Numbered from the stretch's first letter, positions 18,901 to 28,634 are shown. The stretch: 51,962 bases of DNA from a virus (IMGVR_UViG_3300012933_000077:1-51962), one strand, 5' to 3'. The notes: a model not told the origin generated them from the letters alone. Made by a program: numbers and translations.

Positions 18901-20290
18901 CGCGCAGGGACGCTGGACGAGGTTGTAGAGATTTAACCAGATAAACTTTTTCGAACGTATTAACGCTAGGTACTTTATACAGGTTCTTAACCATTGTATA
19001 GTTACCAACGTTCAAACCGATAGTTTGACGGTCTACACGTTGAACGTGATAGTTTTCTTCCCCGTTGATTTCACGGGCTTTTGTAAAGTCAACAAACTTA
19101 GAAGTTGTTGATTCGATTTCGTAACCTTCAATGTACGCTTTGCCTGGGTCAACAACAACCACAAATTTATCTGAGTCGCCGTATGTTACACCAGCAACTG
19201 CAGTGCCGACTTGCTCTTTGTAAACACCGAAGTTTGAACCGTTGTCCAAGTGTTCGCGAACAGACAATTTGAATTTGTTAACTTCATAGTTACCAGACTC
19301 ATCGAATGTACGACGAGCAAATGTCTTTTCCAATTCAGAGTATGATGCACGGTCAATTTTGAACTGAGCGCGACCTTCAACGACACGTACAAGCTCAATG
19401 AACTTAAATGTGTCAGTGGATACTAGAGGTAGCTTGACTAGAGTTAATTTGATTTGATAACGGTGAGCGCCTGGCGCCGCGAAGTTATTAGAACCTGTGG
19501 CGTTATCTAGGATAGACTCGTCGTCTTCTGGAGTGATAGTGTCTTCATAAACACGGAAACCCACACGGAAAGATGGAGTGTTAGTGAAACGACCGACGTA
19601 TAGTTTCAACGCATCGTTACGAACGAAAACACCATCAACGTAATAAATACCAGCCTCAACGTCAACGCTGAAACCATAACCCAAAACGTCAGACGATGGG
19701 TTATTAGTATAAGTTGTAGGAGCTTCACTCAAGTTACCAGAGTTTTTAACCTGAGCATTGATATCAGATAACTGGTCTTCAGTCAATCTGAAGTTAGTGG
19801 CAATCTGGTTATCTTCAGCGTAAGCGATAAGGTTTTCGCCTGGACGTAGACGGTTAGTTACGTTGTCGTCGGCAGTACCTTCAATTTTACAGTAAAGAGT
19901 TGGAACGTCTAGGTTATCAGCGATAACACGAGTAGTGGCGTTACCACCTGATGTGTCAACAACACGCATCTTAACACCAGAAGCTTCACCAGTGATGATT
20001 TTATTCTTGAATGTTTCAATGTATGTTGTAACGTCCAAAGTACCACCAGTAAACTGTTCAAGTTTAACAAAGTGGATTTTATTATCCATGTTAACAGAAC
20101 CTGGGATTACTTGGGAGCCATTCTTAAAGACGTGATCACCGAAGCGAGAAACTTGCTTCTGTAGAATCGTCTGCATCTGTGTAAGCTCACGGGCTTGTAC
20201 CGCATAACTTGGGCGGAACAGGATTCGATAGAAGTCTTTCTCTTCAGAATAATCGTCAAAATACGGTTCGGTGTTAAAAGGTAGTGACAT
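12944..20290 (-). CDS. Very large virion structural protein, VrlC/DUF4815-like
   Basis: N..PYFDDY...FYRILFRP..AVQARELTQ.Q start, DNRRYTMRDIGKLE..I.NLEYY, DPLAQTF; 2448 aa. Confidence 0.85.
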   Translation of the reverse strand: MSLPFNTEPYFDDYSEEKDFYRILFRPSYAVQARELTQMQTILQKQVSRFGDHVFKNGSQVIPGSVNMDNKIHFVKLEQFTGGTLDVTTYIETFKNKIITGEASGVKMRVVDTSGGNATTRVIADNLDVPTLYCKIEGTADDNVTNRLRPGENLIAYAEDNQIATNFRLTEDQLSDINAQVKNSGNLSEAPTTYTNNPSSDVLGYGFSVDVEAGIYYVDGVFVRNDALKLYVGRFTNTPSFRVGFRVYEDTITPEDDESILDNATGSNNFAAPGAHRYQIKLTLVKLPLVSTDTFKFIELVRVVEGRAQFKIDRASYSELEKTFARRTFDESGNYEVNKFKLSVREHLDNGSNFGVYKEQVGTAVAGVTYGDSDKFVVVVDPGKAYIEGYEIESTTSKFVDFTKAREINGEENYHVQRVDRQTIGLNVGNYTMVKNLYKVPSVNTFEKVYLVKSLQPRPASLRAIVSSGVITSIVVDDGGEGYTTAPFIEIKPLTSTGTGATATCTITNGKINPTITITNGGSNYSNTTEYAPEIRALWTDSNHTARAIPVGAAPVASKIVGTARVKSIQLHDGDFENLTSTEYKLGLFDISMFSGYSFEQDVKSIVGQLATSNFSCNISPDFIQLIGSASSDTSTKVITGVGTNFIGNVKEGDIIYLNDVKIGVVDSITTNGNFNNLKITLVDNSLATVAGGRITIFSATIHDPSYETLLFPVGKRYVKTLRGFINNADTKKDTTVQVRRQFGIVNTQINKVSFEVPNSNESFSSDDSLDNFLLINADTNVPVNIGRTDASITWETTTNANGDVLRKIVNFVNVVNGNYYLIATVNQVVTAAQEKTKVLTTAEMPAIVGKKLLTNSSIDLLHADIFKLISIKMTPGDYDVYDENNSVDITDRYTLDNGQRSTYYGIGKILLKPGYQVPSGAVKVEYEYFAVGGQPGNYFSVDSYTTASGIPYEEIPSYFVTDSATGKKVATSLTDVIDFRPVLCNTNYFYPEIPMIGSDISSPVANYVGRIDKIVLDSVGKFNVIAGVPSSNPREPQDPIEGMVLATVSIPPYTKNVKDIFVAQRDNRRYTMRDIGKLERRIANLEYYVTLSLLEKDTETMQIRDETTQLDRFKNGFIVDQFTGHGIGDVKNEDYRISIDEQSRVLRPMHDAESLDLVEQLSTGADRTYKTYQKTGDLITLPYTEGSYIFNNYATRSMDIHAVSMGAFKGQITLFPEGDNWKSETRLPDLNPVDNNNFDAIKFLAAELKVTGTKWNEWQTNWTSVGAPTMISTSEVTGFDTSRASGSWKEHTDYETTYQDQVGFNWRDGIQTDLTSTVNAQTYGDRVVDISYIPYMRARPVTVIAQNLKNTTRFWPFFDNVSVADYCKPADKFVVTRVGQNPMSFDLDDMNNNVLADSERRAYQGRVEKAFAIGDVLTNLEHQEVSITTITNIETTAAATFSLTLSDVSNIRVGHHVILFNLNNHNAFNEENLNDLHENQVIGASDGILDIENSSAELNLKKFVVTAVNGYSLTLGNIDGSLIQPFSPYLTASYETGKRGKLLRLKASGVVALGGPVITADSISDLTQEINLVNVKNGFSIGETLTGSVIIGNSTAGNTVTVNSINGQTSASTVPVMKATGDSVITDTEGSAVCVFYIPETDELSFRTGERTFKLTDNQSNSTAAFDSVGSAVYYSQGVNLSRERTIVSTRTAQFVQSYQYQDDTATAPLQHRTTSSKRAVYVWYDDPLAQTFTVSSEGGAFISSIDLYFAAKGTRPVSIEVRNTDLGIPSSKVVPFSQVTKTASELNLSDDSSAKTTFKFKSPIYLQDSETYAFVVMTDEPGTQVYVSEMGSVDMLTNNTIAGQPLTGSLYASQNAKEWEIHPLLDMKFSLNKATFDVGTSSEVLFRANPPELMTLSANPFQITNGSNLIRVFARNHGFKAGEKVVIGNLPEGFYGANSTTLGIPHTLLNTVHTVHVDGLGLDKDSFVIDLVTVDVATNTNLLSGTNADFINGEYGGLGVTCSRSINMDTMYLKTSDLSFQDTKIEYFISSERLDGTFTDFLPFVANTNYNFPTRMHIASYENQSIVSNVRKSSLQVKAVLTSTNANVSPAIDLQQVSAYAISNLINNKTSATINVPEIDTRDVLTFDDLAAADLQLTGTGNITTFTSNTYGTPGTGIYVGMGNLATSFSTQIVPGAGNKLYRTSDNAYIGTVLALDSSVDYINNRLTLTGASAIAVTNEAFYIKSTPSLVFENVNGVGVIRTNIDTADNLLASAGFGKTMIISGVDPLIDGSYVVRDISVVEDKTTYAGNAELDTTKVTLDRAFGTTATIDMIDDADFSIKVLEQYVDDYAPTGSHNAANYITRTLSLTNAAELLKIVFDANIVNNTSIKVFYRTWTGTVDLRKLPYKDSGFVSVSTDPEGKFVERTIDITNLASFNNVQIKIVMKSNDPVFVPKVKNLRLLALS

Positions 20291-20320
20291 TCTTTTCTCT
20301 TTAAAATTTAACCAATACTT

Positions 20321-20327
20321 TATTTAG
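20321..20327 (-). promoter_or_regulatory. Late promoter-like motif (CTAAATA)
   Basis: TAAATA core in the intergenic gap upstream of the VrlC-like gene. Confidence 0.5.
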
Positions 20328-23300
20328 TTAGAATTTGATAATAGTTCGTAGGGTAATTGTTTCGTCTGCAGACGGTGTGAACCCTTGTTTGTTGTCGATA
20401 TACATCATCTGACCTGAGTATTTGTCGAAAGTTGGAGGTCCAACAGTGACGGCAGTGAAGTTATCTGTAATGCTAGAAGTCTTAATGAAAACGTCGTTGG
20501 CGCCTGGGATGTCATTGTCCAAAGATTGAACAAGAACAGACTTATCATTCACAGCAGAAACGATACGGTAACGCTTTTTAGTCTTAGTTGAACCAACGTA
20601 TGTTAGAACAGCGAAGCCGTTTTGCTCAGAACCGCTAGTTGAGCTAGGCGCAGTTGATCCACCGATACCTGAAACAATAACGCTATAAATACGATCTTCA
20701 GTCCAGACAAATTGACCAACAGTCATCTCTAGAGTTGGAACCCACTCAATGTTAGTGTGGTCAATACGTTCGATGTAGATATCATCATCTTTAGCGAACT
20801 TGATATAAATGTTTTTATCGTTAGAACGAGTAACGTACAACAGTCTAGCATTACCGTTCACTTCAACGCCAGTTGTCGCAGTTGGTCCAACTTGTCCAGT
20901 GATACCGCCAACTTCAACCTTATACACGCGACCGTCGAACCAAACATAGTTTCCTGCAACGACTACAGTTCCAGCAGACCATTCAACCATAGGTTCAGAA
21001 GTGTCAATTGGAGATTGGATAACGTAACATGCAGAACCAATAGAACCTTGGAAACGTTCAAAGCCGTCAAACACACGAGGGTTCTTAATGATACCAACTT
21101 GACGGTAGTCGTTACCAACCACAACGCCTTGGTTCAAGTCAGTTGAAATGTTAGTATAGAACATCAACGAACGAGCAAACAACTCATCAGGGGAGTTCTT
21201 ACCGTGACCGCCATATGGAGAGATAATAGCACGAAGTTTAGCACCGTTACCGTTACCGATAACGCGAACGTTTGCGTAAGTATAACCTTCACCACGAGCA
21301 GTGATGTTGATTTTAATAATAGCGTTAGTTACTGGGTCAATGTCTGCAGTAGCAGCAGCGCCAGATCCATCACCCTCGATCAAGATGTTAGCAACACCAT
21401 AAGAATAACCACCAGACACAATAGCGATTGCATCAATAGTACCAGATGGTGTTAGAATTTCATTATTAGCTTGTTGAGAAGAGATAGCACCTAAACTCAA
21501 GTCAGCAGTCAAAGCGCCGCCAGTACCTTCTCCAGAAACAACTAGAGTAGCTTTTGTATAACCAACACCTGGGTCTTCAATAATAATGTAAGTGATTTGA
21601 CCATCTTCAGTGATAGCAGAAATCTTAGCTTCAGACTTAGAAGTGAAGAAGTTAATTTCAGCAGATGATCCAGTTATATCATTGACGATAGCACTAGGTG
21701 TCACAGAGTAACCAGCGCCGTATCGTAAGATGGCATAACCTGTGGCAACTTCACCAGCGCGAACTAGAGAAGCTGGCTTACCGATAAACTCTAAAGGTAC
21801 ATCGCCGTTTGTTTCGATACCTGTAGTGTGATCAGGAGCAGTTGTTCCTAGAGTACCACCAATCAAGACCTTATACATTCTGTCATCAACATAAACCGTT
21901 TGATTGGTTACAACGTCTGAACTAGAAACCCATTCAGGGGAAGTGATAACTGGAATTGTTGAAGTGTGTATTGGCTCAAGAGAACCAAAGAACCCGTTAT
22001 CTTGGACTGTGTACAAATTAGTATAATTTGAGAACTGTTGATTTGTATAAACTTCAAGACCTTGAACCCATTGTGTACCAAACACAACAGTTGGTGCGAT
22101 ATTATAACCGTCACCTGGGTTTACAACGTATGTTGAAATAACTTTATCAGAATACAGTTTAGATTTAACAACGGCATATTGACCGATATCTAAATGTGCA
22201 GTAACAGTCGCTGCAGTTGTTGGAGTGCCACCGCTCAAAGCAATTCCTGGCGCAGAAGTATAACCAGAGCCAGCGTTGATGATGTTATATCCTACAACCA
22301 CGCCAGCGTCAATGATCAATTCTGCAACAGCGCCTGAGCCACCACCGCCGACAAACGTTACAGTCGGTGCAGTATCATACCCTTCGCCGCCGTCTTCGAT
22401 TGTCATACTTGTAACAGTTCCAGTGAATGAAACTTGTGGAGGTTCCAAATAACCAGAGCCTGAGTTTAACATAGCAACTTCGCGGATAGAACCGACCAAA
22501 GACACATCGTCAATAACGCCAGTTTCAATTGTGGCAGTAGCAGCCGCACCGACACCAGTACCGTTAATTGTTACTGTTGGGTCTGTGTAGTTAGAACCTT
22601 TGTGTGTTAGGGTGATAGATTGTACTGGAGAACCAGACAACACTGGAGTCAAAATAGCACCCACGCCTACTGAGTCTTCAACTAAGATCGATGGTACTGT
22701 AACATAACCAGAACCTGGCGTGATGATGTTCACTTGAGTAATAACACCGCCAGTTTGAATAGCTTGCAAGACAGCACCACCACCGTCGCCACCAGATACT
22801 GAAAGCACAGGGGCAACATAACCAGAACCACCGTTAGTGATAAGAACAGATTGAATAGTTGAAGTGCCGACAGTAGCCACAGCCTGAGCGCCAGTACCAG
22901 TTGGGTCTGTAATGACAACGCTTGGTGGCGTTACATATGATGCGCCTGGAGATGTAATTACAATCTCAGTCAAGTTTTTATCATTACGTGTTGTGATAGT
23001 ACCTTTTAATTTTGTACCAACATATTTCAAAGCAGCGTTACCGTTTAGTACAACTCCACTTCGATGAGTCGGCGCAACAGAAGAAACTGCACCTGGAGTT
23101 ACAACCTCATAGTAGTCGAACGATGACGCATTGTAAATAATCTGCCCAAGGTTCACGCTACCTGTTGGAGCAAATGGAGACGCCGCACCGAACGGTGGGC
23201 TAAAATCTAGAGTTGGCGCAGTGTAACCAGTACCTTCATTAACAACTGTGGCACCGTTGATGTACAACGGATCAGCTTCGCGATAGCCATCGCCAGTTAC

Positions 23301-24158
23301 AGAAACTAGGGCTGATGTGTAATCTTTACCTTTGTTGGCAATAAAGATGTTATCAACTGTACCGTTAGAATAGAAGTGGTTTGTCAAAGCTGACACAACT
23401 GGGATATGTGTGTCAGTATAGAATTTGTTACGAAGGTTAATTGGAATGTTATACATAAACTTCCAAACATAACCATCCGATGTTCTAATTGTATCCAACT
23501 GAGTACCAGTTGGTTTGATAATAGAACGAGCTCCGTTATTGTTATCAAGGCACTTGTATACGTTATAATCATCAGTTACAACATAAAAGTTAGCGTCTTC
23601 TAATTTCTGAGCGCCAGAAGGAGCAATACCCATTGTAGCTGATAGTTGGCATCCAGAACCAGAAGGTGAAGTGATCGTAACAACAGGGGCTGAAGTATAA
23701 CCAGTACCACGGTTTGTTACAACGATACCAGCAATAGCGCCAGCCACAACTTCTGATACAACAGCAGCTGCGCCAGTACCGCCACCACCAGTGATGGTGA
23801 TCTGAGTATCATACAAGTCAATATAACCAGTACCGCCAGAAATAACGTTGATACCAACGATCTGGTCTGTGTACTGGTCATCGTACATATCATAGATTGT
23901 GTCCGAAACCCAATCACGGCGTGTGATAACAAACGCCACGTCAGATGGGCGGATCTCTTTAACTGTAATAATCTCGTTACGAACATCGCGTTCATATTCA
24001 AAACTGTCAACAGGGAGAGGTGGGTTGTTTTCATCATCCCAAGATAATGTCTTACCTAAGAAATAATAAAACGATGATGTTCTTGACACCACGTCTTTAT
24101 AAACTCCCTCTGAAAGGGATTTATACATGATTGTTTTAACTAATGATGTGTTAGCCAT
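20328..24158 (-). CDS. gp8: Baseplate wedge subunit gp8, extended with repeats
   Basis: R.DW....YDMYDD, FYVVTDDYNVYKCLDNN, DGYVWKFMY, GGHG...EL, NDYRQVGIIKNP and SG.MMYIDN motifs. Confidence 0.85.
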   Translation of the reverse strand: MANTSLVKTIMYKSLSEGVYKDVVSRTSSFYYFLGKTLSWDDENNPPLPVDSFEYERDVRNEIITVKEIRPSDVAFVITRRDWVSDTIYDMYDDQYTDQIVGINVISGGTGYIDLYDTQITITGGGGTGAAAVVSEVVAGAIAGIVVTNRGTGYTSAPVVTITSPSGSGCQLSATMGIAPSGAQKLEDANFYVVTDDYNVYKCLDNNNGARSIIKPTGTQLDTIRTSDGYVWKFMYNIPINLRNKFYTDTHIPVVSALTNHFYSNGTVDNIFIANKGKDYTSALVSVTGDGYREADPLYINGATVVNEGTGYTAPTLDFSPPFGAASPFAPTGSVNLGQIIYNASSFDYYEVVTPGAVSSVAPTHRSGVVLNGNAALKYVGTKLKGTITTRNDKNLTEIVITSPGASYVTPPSVVITDPTGTGAQAVATVGTSTIQSVLITNGGSGYVAPVLSVSGGDGGGAVLQAIQTGGVITQVNIITPGSGYVTVPSILVEDSVGVGAILTPVLSGSPVQSITLTHKGSNYTDPTVTINGTGVGAAATATIETGVIDDVSLVGSIREVAMLNSGSGYLEPPQVSFTGTVTSMTIEDGGEGYDTAPTVTFVGGGGSGAVAELIIDAGVVVGYNIINAGSGYTSAPGIALSGGTPTTAATVTAHLDIGQYAVVKSKLYSDKVISTYVVNPGDGYNIAPTVVFGTQWVQGLEVYTNQQFSNYTNLYTVQDNGFFGSLEPIHTSTIPVITSPEWVSSSDVVTNQTVYVDDRMYKVLIGGTLGTTAPDHTTGIETNGDVPLEFIGKPASLVRAGEVATGYAILRYGAGYSVTPSAIVNDITGSSAEINFFTSKSEAKISAITEDGQITYIIIEDPGVGYTKATLVVSGEGTGGALTADLSLGAISSQQANNEILTPSGTIDAIAIVSGGYSYGVANILIEGDGSGAAATADIDPVTNAIIKINITARGEGYTYANVRVIGNGNGAKLRAIISPYGGHGKNSPDELFARSLMFYTNISTDLNQGVVVGNDYRQVGIIKNPRVFDGFERFQGSIGSACYVIQSPIDTSEPMVEWSAGTVVVAGNYVWFDGRVYKVEVGGITGQVGPTATTGVEVNGNARLLYVTRSNDKNIYIKFAKDDDIYIERIDHTNIEWVPTLEMTVGQFVWTEDRIYSVIVSGIGGSTAPSSTSGSEQNGFAVLTYVGSTKTKKRYRIVSAVNDKSVLVQSLDNDIPGANDVFIKTSSITDNFTAVTVGPPTFDKYSGQMMYIDNKQGFTPSADETITLRTIIKF

Positions 24159-24180
24159 ATTCTCTCTTTGTCCGTCAGCT

Positions 24181-24187
24181 TATTTAC
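24181..24187 (-). promoter_or_regulatory. Late promoter-like motif (GTAAATA)
   Basis: TAAATA core about 23 nt upstream of the gp8 start. Confidence 0.45.
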
Positions 24188-24215
24188 TCGATGTTCATAA
24201 CGAAATTGCTTTTGA

Positions 24216-24677
24216 TTAGCTTACTGTAACTTTCCAAGTCACGGCAATAGTATCACCAGCTTGTTTGTTAACAACTGGGAACACAGTACGGCAAAGCATA
24301 GTACCGTTAGTAGAAGCGTTGAAAATACCAGCTTCAGTAATAGCGCCAGTACCAATACCTGTACCGAAAGTAGCAGTGTAAGTGATAGAGTTTTGTTCTT
24401 GTAGAGAACCTGACAACAACACACGACCAGTTTGTGTACCTAGAGCTTGGTCATCACCAGCTGGTGCGCTAGTGCCAGTACCAATACCCATATGAGACAT
24501 AGCAACTGGAACGTTAGAATCAGTGGCAATCATTTTACCAGCGATGTAGATCTTACCAGAAGTAACAACTAGGTTAGGAACTTCAAATTCTTGAGTCACT
24601 TCGCCTAGAGCGTTAGTCTTAGTAATTTTTACCATACCCTTTGGGGTAATAGTGCTTTCTTGAAATTGTTCTTTCAT
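24216..24677 (-). CDS. Baseplate/tail structural protein (tail-collar-like)
   Basis: Start moved to the ATG at 24677 (MKEQFQES) behind an AAGGAGA SD; NLVVT.G...MGIGTG...TGAITEAGIFN...VVNK...D...VTW motif. Confidence 0.7.
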   Translation of the reverse strand: MKEQFQESTITPKGMVKITKTNALGEVTQEFEVPNLVVTSGKIYIAGKMIATDSNVPVAMSHMGIGTGTSAPAGDDQALGTQTGRVLLSGSLQEQNSITYTATFGTGIGTGAITEAGIFNASTNGTMLCRTVFPVVNKQAGDTIAVTWKVTVS

Positions 24678-24687
24678 TTTATCTCCT

Positions 24688-26805
24688 TTAAATTGACCAA
24701 GATGAAGGTCGTTCGTTTGCATAATGATCTGCGAAGTAGCCACCTTGGTCATAGGGTTCAAGTGTGACATAACCATCTTCGGCATATGTACCAGTTTCAT
24801 TTACTGGCTCTGTTATCTTATTTAGGTCAAGATGCCAAGCAGCTGAATCGCCAACTGGTTGGAAATCAGTAGTTTGTTTTGATGTTAGTTTACCTGCGGG
24901 TAAATCTGTAACTGGTTGGAAGTCTTGGGACACAGATTTAGACAATGATTTGGTAGAACCATCATCAATAACGAATGTTGTTTCTGCCTGACCTGTGAAA
25001 CCAATTCTCTTACCGAATAGTTTGTTTAAGTAGTTTTCAGCTAGAACAACTGACTCATCCGCTACACGTTTACCGATAACAAACTTTTGAATAATATCAA
25101 ATGGTGTTGATAACGTATCGTCGAGCGCTTTGATAGCTGAAAACGCTGTACCGACTTTGATAACACCGTTTTCGTCCACTTCATAGTTGTCATTAACAGA
25201 TACTGTGTCATACAACGTAACACCAAGAGATTTAACGATAGCTGTAAGAGCAACATTAAGTTCAATATTGTTGTTGATACTGTATTCACCGAACATAGCC
25301 ATACCAGAAGGGTGTAGCATAGAACGGACAACTGAAGCGTATGATTGTAATTGTTCGTCGATACGAATAACGTATGAGAACGCTTGATAGTAATACGAGT
25401 CTTGGATAAACATCGAATCCGACAAGAAGCCGTCATTCGTTTTATAGTATCCTGGATATTTAGCAAAAGCGCCGAGGGAAACGTTTAACAACGCTGGGTT
25501 ATCTGTAAGCGTGTCTTTAGCGTCAACGAAGAACTGACGAGCAATCGTACCTACATAAGCACCGTCTGAGTATTCTGACGCCCAGTAATCACCCATGTTG
25601 ATGTAACCAGTTTCAGTGAAACCGCTAGTCTTATCAAGGTAGTTGTAATCGTAAATGATACCAAGGGTAACTTCGCCCTCAGCTCCGATACCAGTATCTC
25701 CTGGCTGAGCATTAATGTTTACGAAACCAGTTGTATAACCAGTTCCTGGATTATCAACAATAACTTCAGTAACAACACCATCAACAACCACGGCATGAGC
25801 TGTAGCTCCAGTACCATTACCGCCGACAACAACGTCAGGTACTTGTTGATAACCAGTACCACCGCTCAATACAGTAACTGAGCCAATAACGTCTGGTGTT
25901 AGAGAATAAGAAACTGAAACGTCAGGCTTCGAGATTTTCTTCTTTGTACTAACAGCCGAAGTTGGAAGAACAGTGATAGAAAAGTCTGTGCTATAACCTA
26001 AAGCGAACTTAATCAGGTCAATGTTTAGCAAACCACCATCAGTGTCTGTTCTTAGAACTTTAAACCAAATAGGAGTGCCGTCACCTGAAGCAACCTGAAA
26101 CACTTGACCTGGTTTAAAATTATAACCACGGTTTTGAATCTTCAGTTTAGCTGTAGTTGGTAGAATCTGACCTTGAAAACTAGATTCAAATTTTACAACG
26201 TCTCCTGGAGAAATATCACCGTAGAAGTTTCTATCGAGAAACAACTCATAGACGTTCTCGCTAAACTGTAAAACGCTTTCAATGTTAGCAGTAACTTTGG
26301 AAACTTTCTGAGTACCTTGTACAACAGAAGTTCTGTAAATTTTCTTAGATGTTTGAACGTCGATCGTTTTACCGACCAAAGTCATAGGATCACCGACGTC
26401 AACTCTAACGAAGATAGAAACGTCTTGTTGCCAACGTCCATCGGAAACACGAAGCATGGACTTGCCTGGGTATTCCATGTAAACGTCTTTACCGTACAAC
26501 AAGCGGAACAGCAGCTTGTATGAAGCTTCAGAACCTTTGGCTAGGTACTGTTCTTTGATGTGTTTCAGAAGGTAACGCTCAGTATCAATATTTGAACTGA
26601 TTGGATAGTTGTGAGCTAACTCACCCTTAAAGTATTGAATAAACTCATCAAGAGTTTCGTCGATATCTCTTACCTTTGAAATATCAACACTATTCTGCTC
26701 TAGGTATTCATAGTACGCTTCAACGAATGCGACAAACGTAGGGTACTCTGACCTCACAAACTCTGGGAGTTGTGAGGCGACTACGTCTTTTAGATTAGTT
26801 CTCAT
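24688..26805 (-). CDS. gp7: Baseplate wedge subunit, gp7-like
   Basis: QLPEFVR.EYP.FV.F..AYYEY, Y.AKGSE.SYKLLFRLLYG, IQDSYYYQ.FSYVI...LHPSG; located between gp6 and gp8. Confidence 0.75.
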   Translation of the reverse strand: MRTNLKDVVASQLPEFVRSEYPTFVAFVEAYYEYLEQNSVDISKVRDIDETLDEFIQYFKGELAHNYPISSNIDTERYLLKHIKEQYLAKGSEASYKLLFRLLYGKDVYMEYPGKSMLRVSDGRWQQDVSIFVRVDVGDPMTLVGKTIDVQTSKKIYRTSVVQGTQKVSKVTANIESVLQFSENVYELFLDRNFYGDISPGDVVKFESSFQGQILPTTAKLKIQNRGYNFKPGQVFQVASGDGTPIWFKVLRTDTDGGLLNIDLIKFALGYSTDFSITVLPTSAVSTKKKISKPDVSVSYSLTPDVIGSVTVLSGGTGYQQVPDVVVGGNGTGATAHAVVVDGVVTEVIVDNPGTGYTTGFVNINAQPGDTGIGAEGEVTLGIIYDYNYLDKTSGFTETGYINMGDYWASEYSDGAYVGTIARQFFVDAKDTLTDNPALLNVSLGAFAKYPGYYKTNDGFLSDSMFIQDSYYYQAFSYVIRIDEQLQSYASVVRSMLHPSGMAMFGEYSINNNIELNVALTAIVKSLGVTLYDTVSVNDNYEVDENGVIKVGTAFSAIKALDDTLSTPFDIIQKFVIGKRVADESVVLAENYLNKLFGKRIGFTGQAETTFVIDDGSTKSLSKSVSQDFQPVTDLPAGKLTSKQTTDFQPVGDSAAWHLDLNKITEPVNETGTYAEDGYVTLEPYDQGGYFADHYANERPSSWSI

Positions 26806-28634
26806 TATACTGTTCTAATTGAAGTAAAGATATAGTTCTTACCAGCTTGGTTCGAACCAGCAGCAGTCATATCGTTGATTACGTTCACTGTTAGAGAATC
26901 GCGAGCAACTTGTACGATTTGGTTATACGCTGTAACAACGTCATACGATTCTGGAGTCAGAATGAATTCAAAAGTCGCATCAGCCATAGAAGTGATTGTC
27001 AAATCGCGAACTTCCAATGTACCTTTATCGTACTGTACATCGCCGATAGTTGGATTAACAATTGTCTTATTCTGGTTGGCGTCGAAGTAGAATAGACGCA
27101 AGTTACCTTGACCGTCATCGTCGATATAGTGAACGTTAGCTGAAGCTGGTACATAAAAACCAGTAGACAACACAGCTTCATCAGGAACAGATGAGCGATA
27201 GATCGGGCTGATCATATTCAACTTATAACGAGAGCTCAAGTTATAACGTGGAGTAAATTCACGACGAACTAGAATCTTAGTTGTGTTGTTAACGATAGCT
27301 TGGTCAGCCTCGTCGATCAAACGAACCAATTGAGAGTAACGGAACACGCCGTCAAACTTCTTAAGGTTTGCGTCGTCATAGTCATAGATCGCTTGACGAA
27401 TAATAGTTTCTAACTGAGCTGGAGTCTTGTCGGAGATCTTAGCGTTATAGTTAGCAGTTACAGAAATCTGCACGTTAAAGTATTCAGGGTCTACGAACTC
27501 TGGAGTAATAGAAACGATTGACTTCGGAGCGATAATGTTGTTTCTGATGTAATCCTTTTGAGCAATAGTCAACTTGCTACTGTTTTTAGGTTTTACACAG
27601 ATAAAAGTTTTACCGTAAATTGGAGGATCGTTATCTTCACCACCCCAAACAACGATAGATTCTGAAGGGAAGCTCTTGTAAATTAGAGCTTTATAATCTT
27701 CAGTAGTCACGGCACGGTTCTGTGCAGCATACAAACGTGGAGCGTTATATTTGATAGAGTCGACTTCTTCTGGGGATGATCCACCAGCAGCGGCTGATTG
27801 GGCAACAACAGTTAAACCAGAACCCAAAATAGCAGAACCTGCATATGAGAACGTGTTAGAACCGTTCGGTGCCGCCAAGCTTGAAACGTAATATTCGAAT
27901 GTTAGATAGTTACCGTCAATTGGTTTATAACCAACAACACCGTCACCGAAATAAACTTCGTAGATGCCATCGTCGAGTTCTTTTACGAAGTATGATTTTG
28001 TTGTCGAGTTCAAAGCTGTCATAGTTTCAGCTTTTGAATATACAGTAAACGCATCATCAGTCGCGTGTTCGCGAATCTTAACTTTCAAAGTATCCAAGTC
28101 AACGTTAGCGTTGGGGATAATATATTTCTGACCAGACTGAATATAGTAGCTGTATGTTAGAGGAATACCTTCAATCAATTCAACGTTATTGAAAGTGTAG
28201 AACCCGCCAGCCGCACGAGTTGTAACGTCTGATGTGTTATAGAATGTATATGACACACCGTCAATAGATGTCAAGAACGGTTGACCAGAAGGTAATGTAA
28301 CAACGTCTGGGTTATATGTTGGAGCCGTAATTGTACAGTTAACCGAAGCGGAAGAACACTTGGCTGAGTTAGGAGTATAACCCAACATTTTAGCCAACGA
28401 TACAACAGATGCACGCTTAGACGCTGAGTCCAAGAACATTTCGTTTACAGCTAAAGATGTGTAAATCGAATTGTAGTGTGTGTTATAAGCTAGGACGTCC
28501 AACAACACAGAGAATGAAGAACCGTCAAAATCGTAATCTTGGAACTTATCCTGACCACGTAGAAACTCTTTAAGGTTATCCTTGATCGTATCGAAATCTA
28601 AGTCGTTTACTTTAATTCTTTTTGTAATAGCCAT
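26805..28634 (-). CDS. gp6: Baseplate wedge subunit gp6
   Basis: DLDFDTIK.NL..FL..Q..F.DYDF.GS...LLDVLAYNTHY, AQNRAVT.EDY. Confidence 0.95.
   Translation of the reverse strand: MAITKRIKVNDLDFDTIKDNLKEFLRGQDKFQDYDFDGSSFSVLLDVLAYNTHYNSIYTSLAVNEMFLDSASKRASVVSLAKMLGYTPNSAKCSSASVNCTITAPTYNPDVVTLPSGQPFLTSIDGVSYTFYNTSDVTTRAAGGFYTFNNVELIEGIPLTYSYYIQSGQKYIIPNANVDLDTLKVKIREHATDDAFTVYSKAETMTALNSTTKSYFVKELDDGIYEVYFGDGVVGYKPIDGNYLTFEYYVSSLAAPNGSNTFSYAGSAILGSGLTVVAQSAAAGGSSPEEVDSIKYNAPRLYAAQNRAVTTEDYKALIYKSFPSESIVVWGGEDNDPPIYGKTFICVKPKNSSKLTIAQKDYIRNNIIAPKSIVSITPEFVDPEYFNVQISVTANYNAKISDKTPAQLETIIRQAIYDYDDANLKKFDGVFRYSQLVRLIDEADQAIVNNTTKILVRREFTPRYNLSSRYKLNMISPIYRSSVPDEAVLSTGFYVPASANVHYIDDDGQGNLRLFYFDANQNKTIVNPTIGDVQYDKGTLEVRDLTITSMADATFEFILTPESYDVVTAYNQIVQVARDSLTVNVINDMTAAGSNQAGKNYIFTSIRTV

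Noticed and set aside
24678-24800. Extended N-terminus of the 24216..24800 ORF
   Set aside because: Overlaps the gp7-like gene; a strong SD precedes the ATG at 24677.
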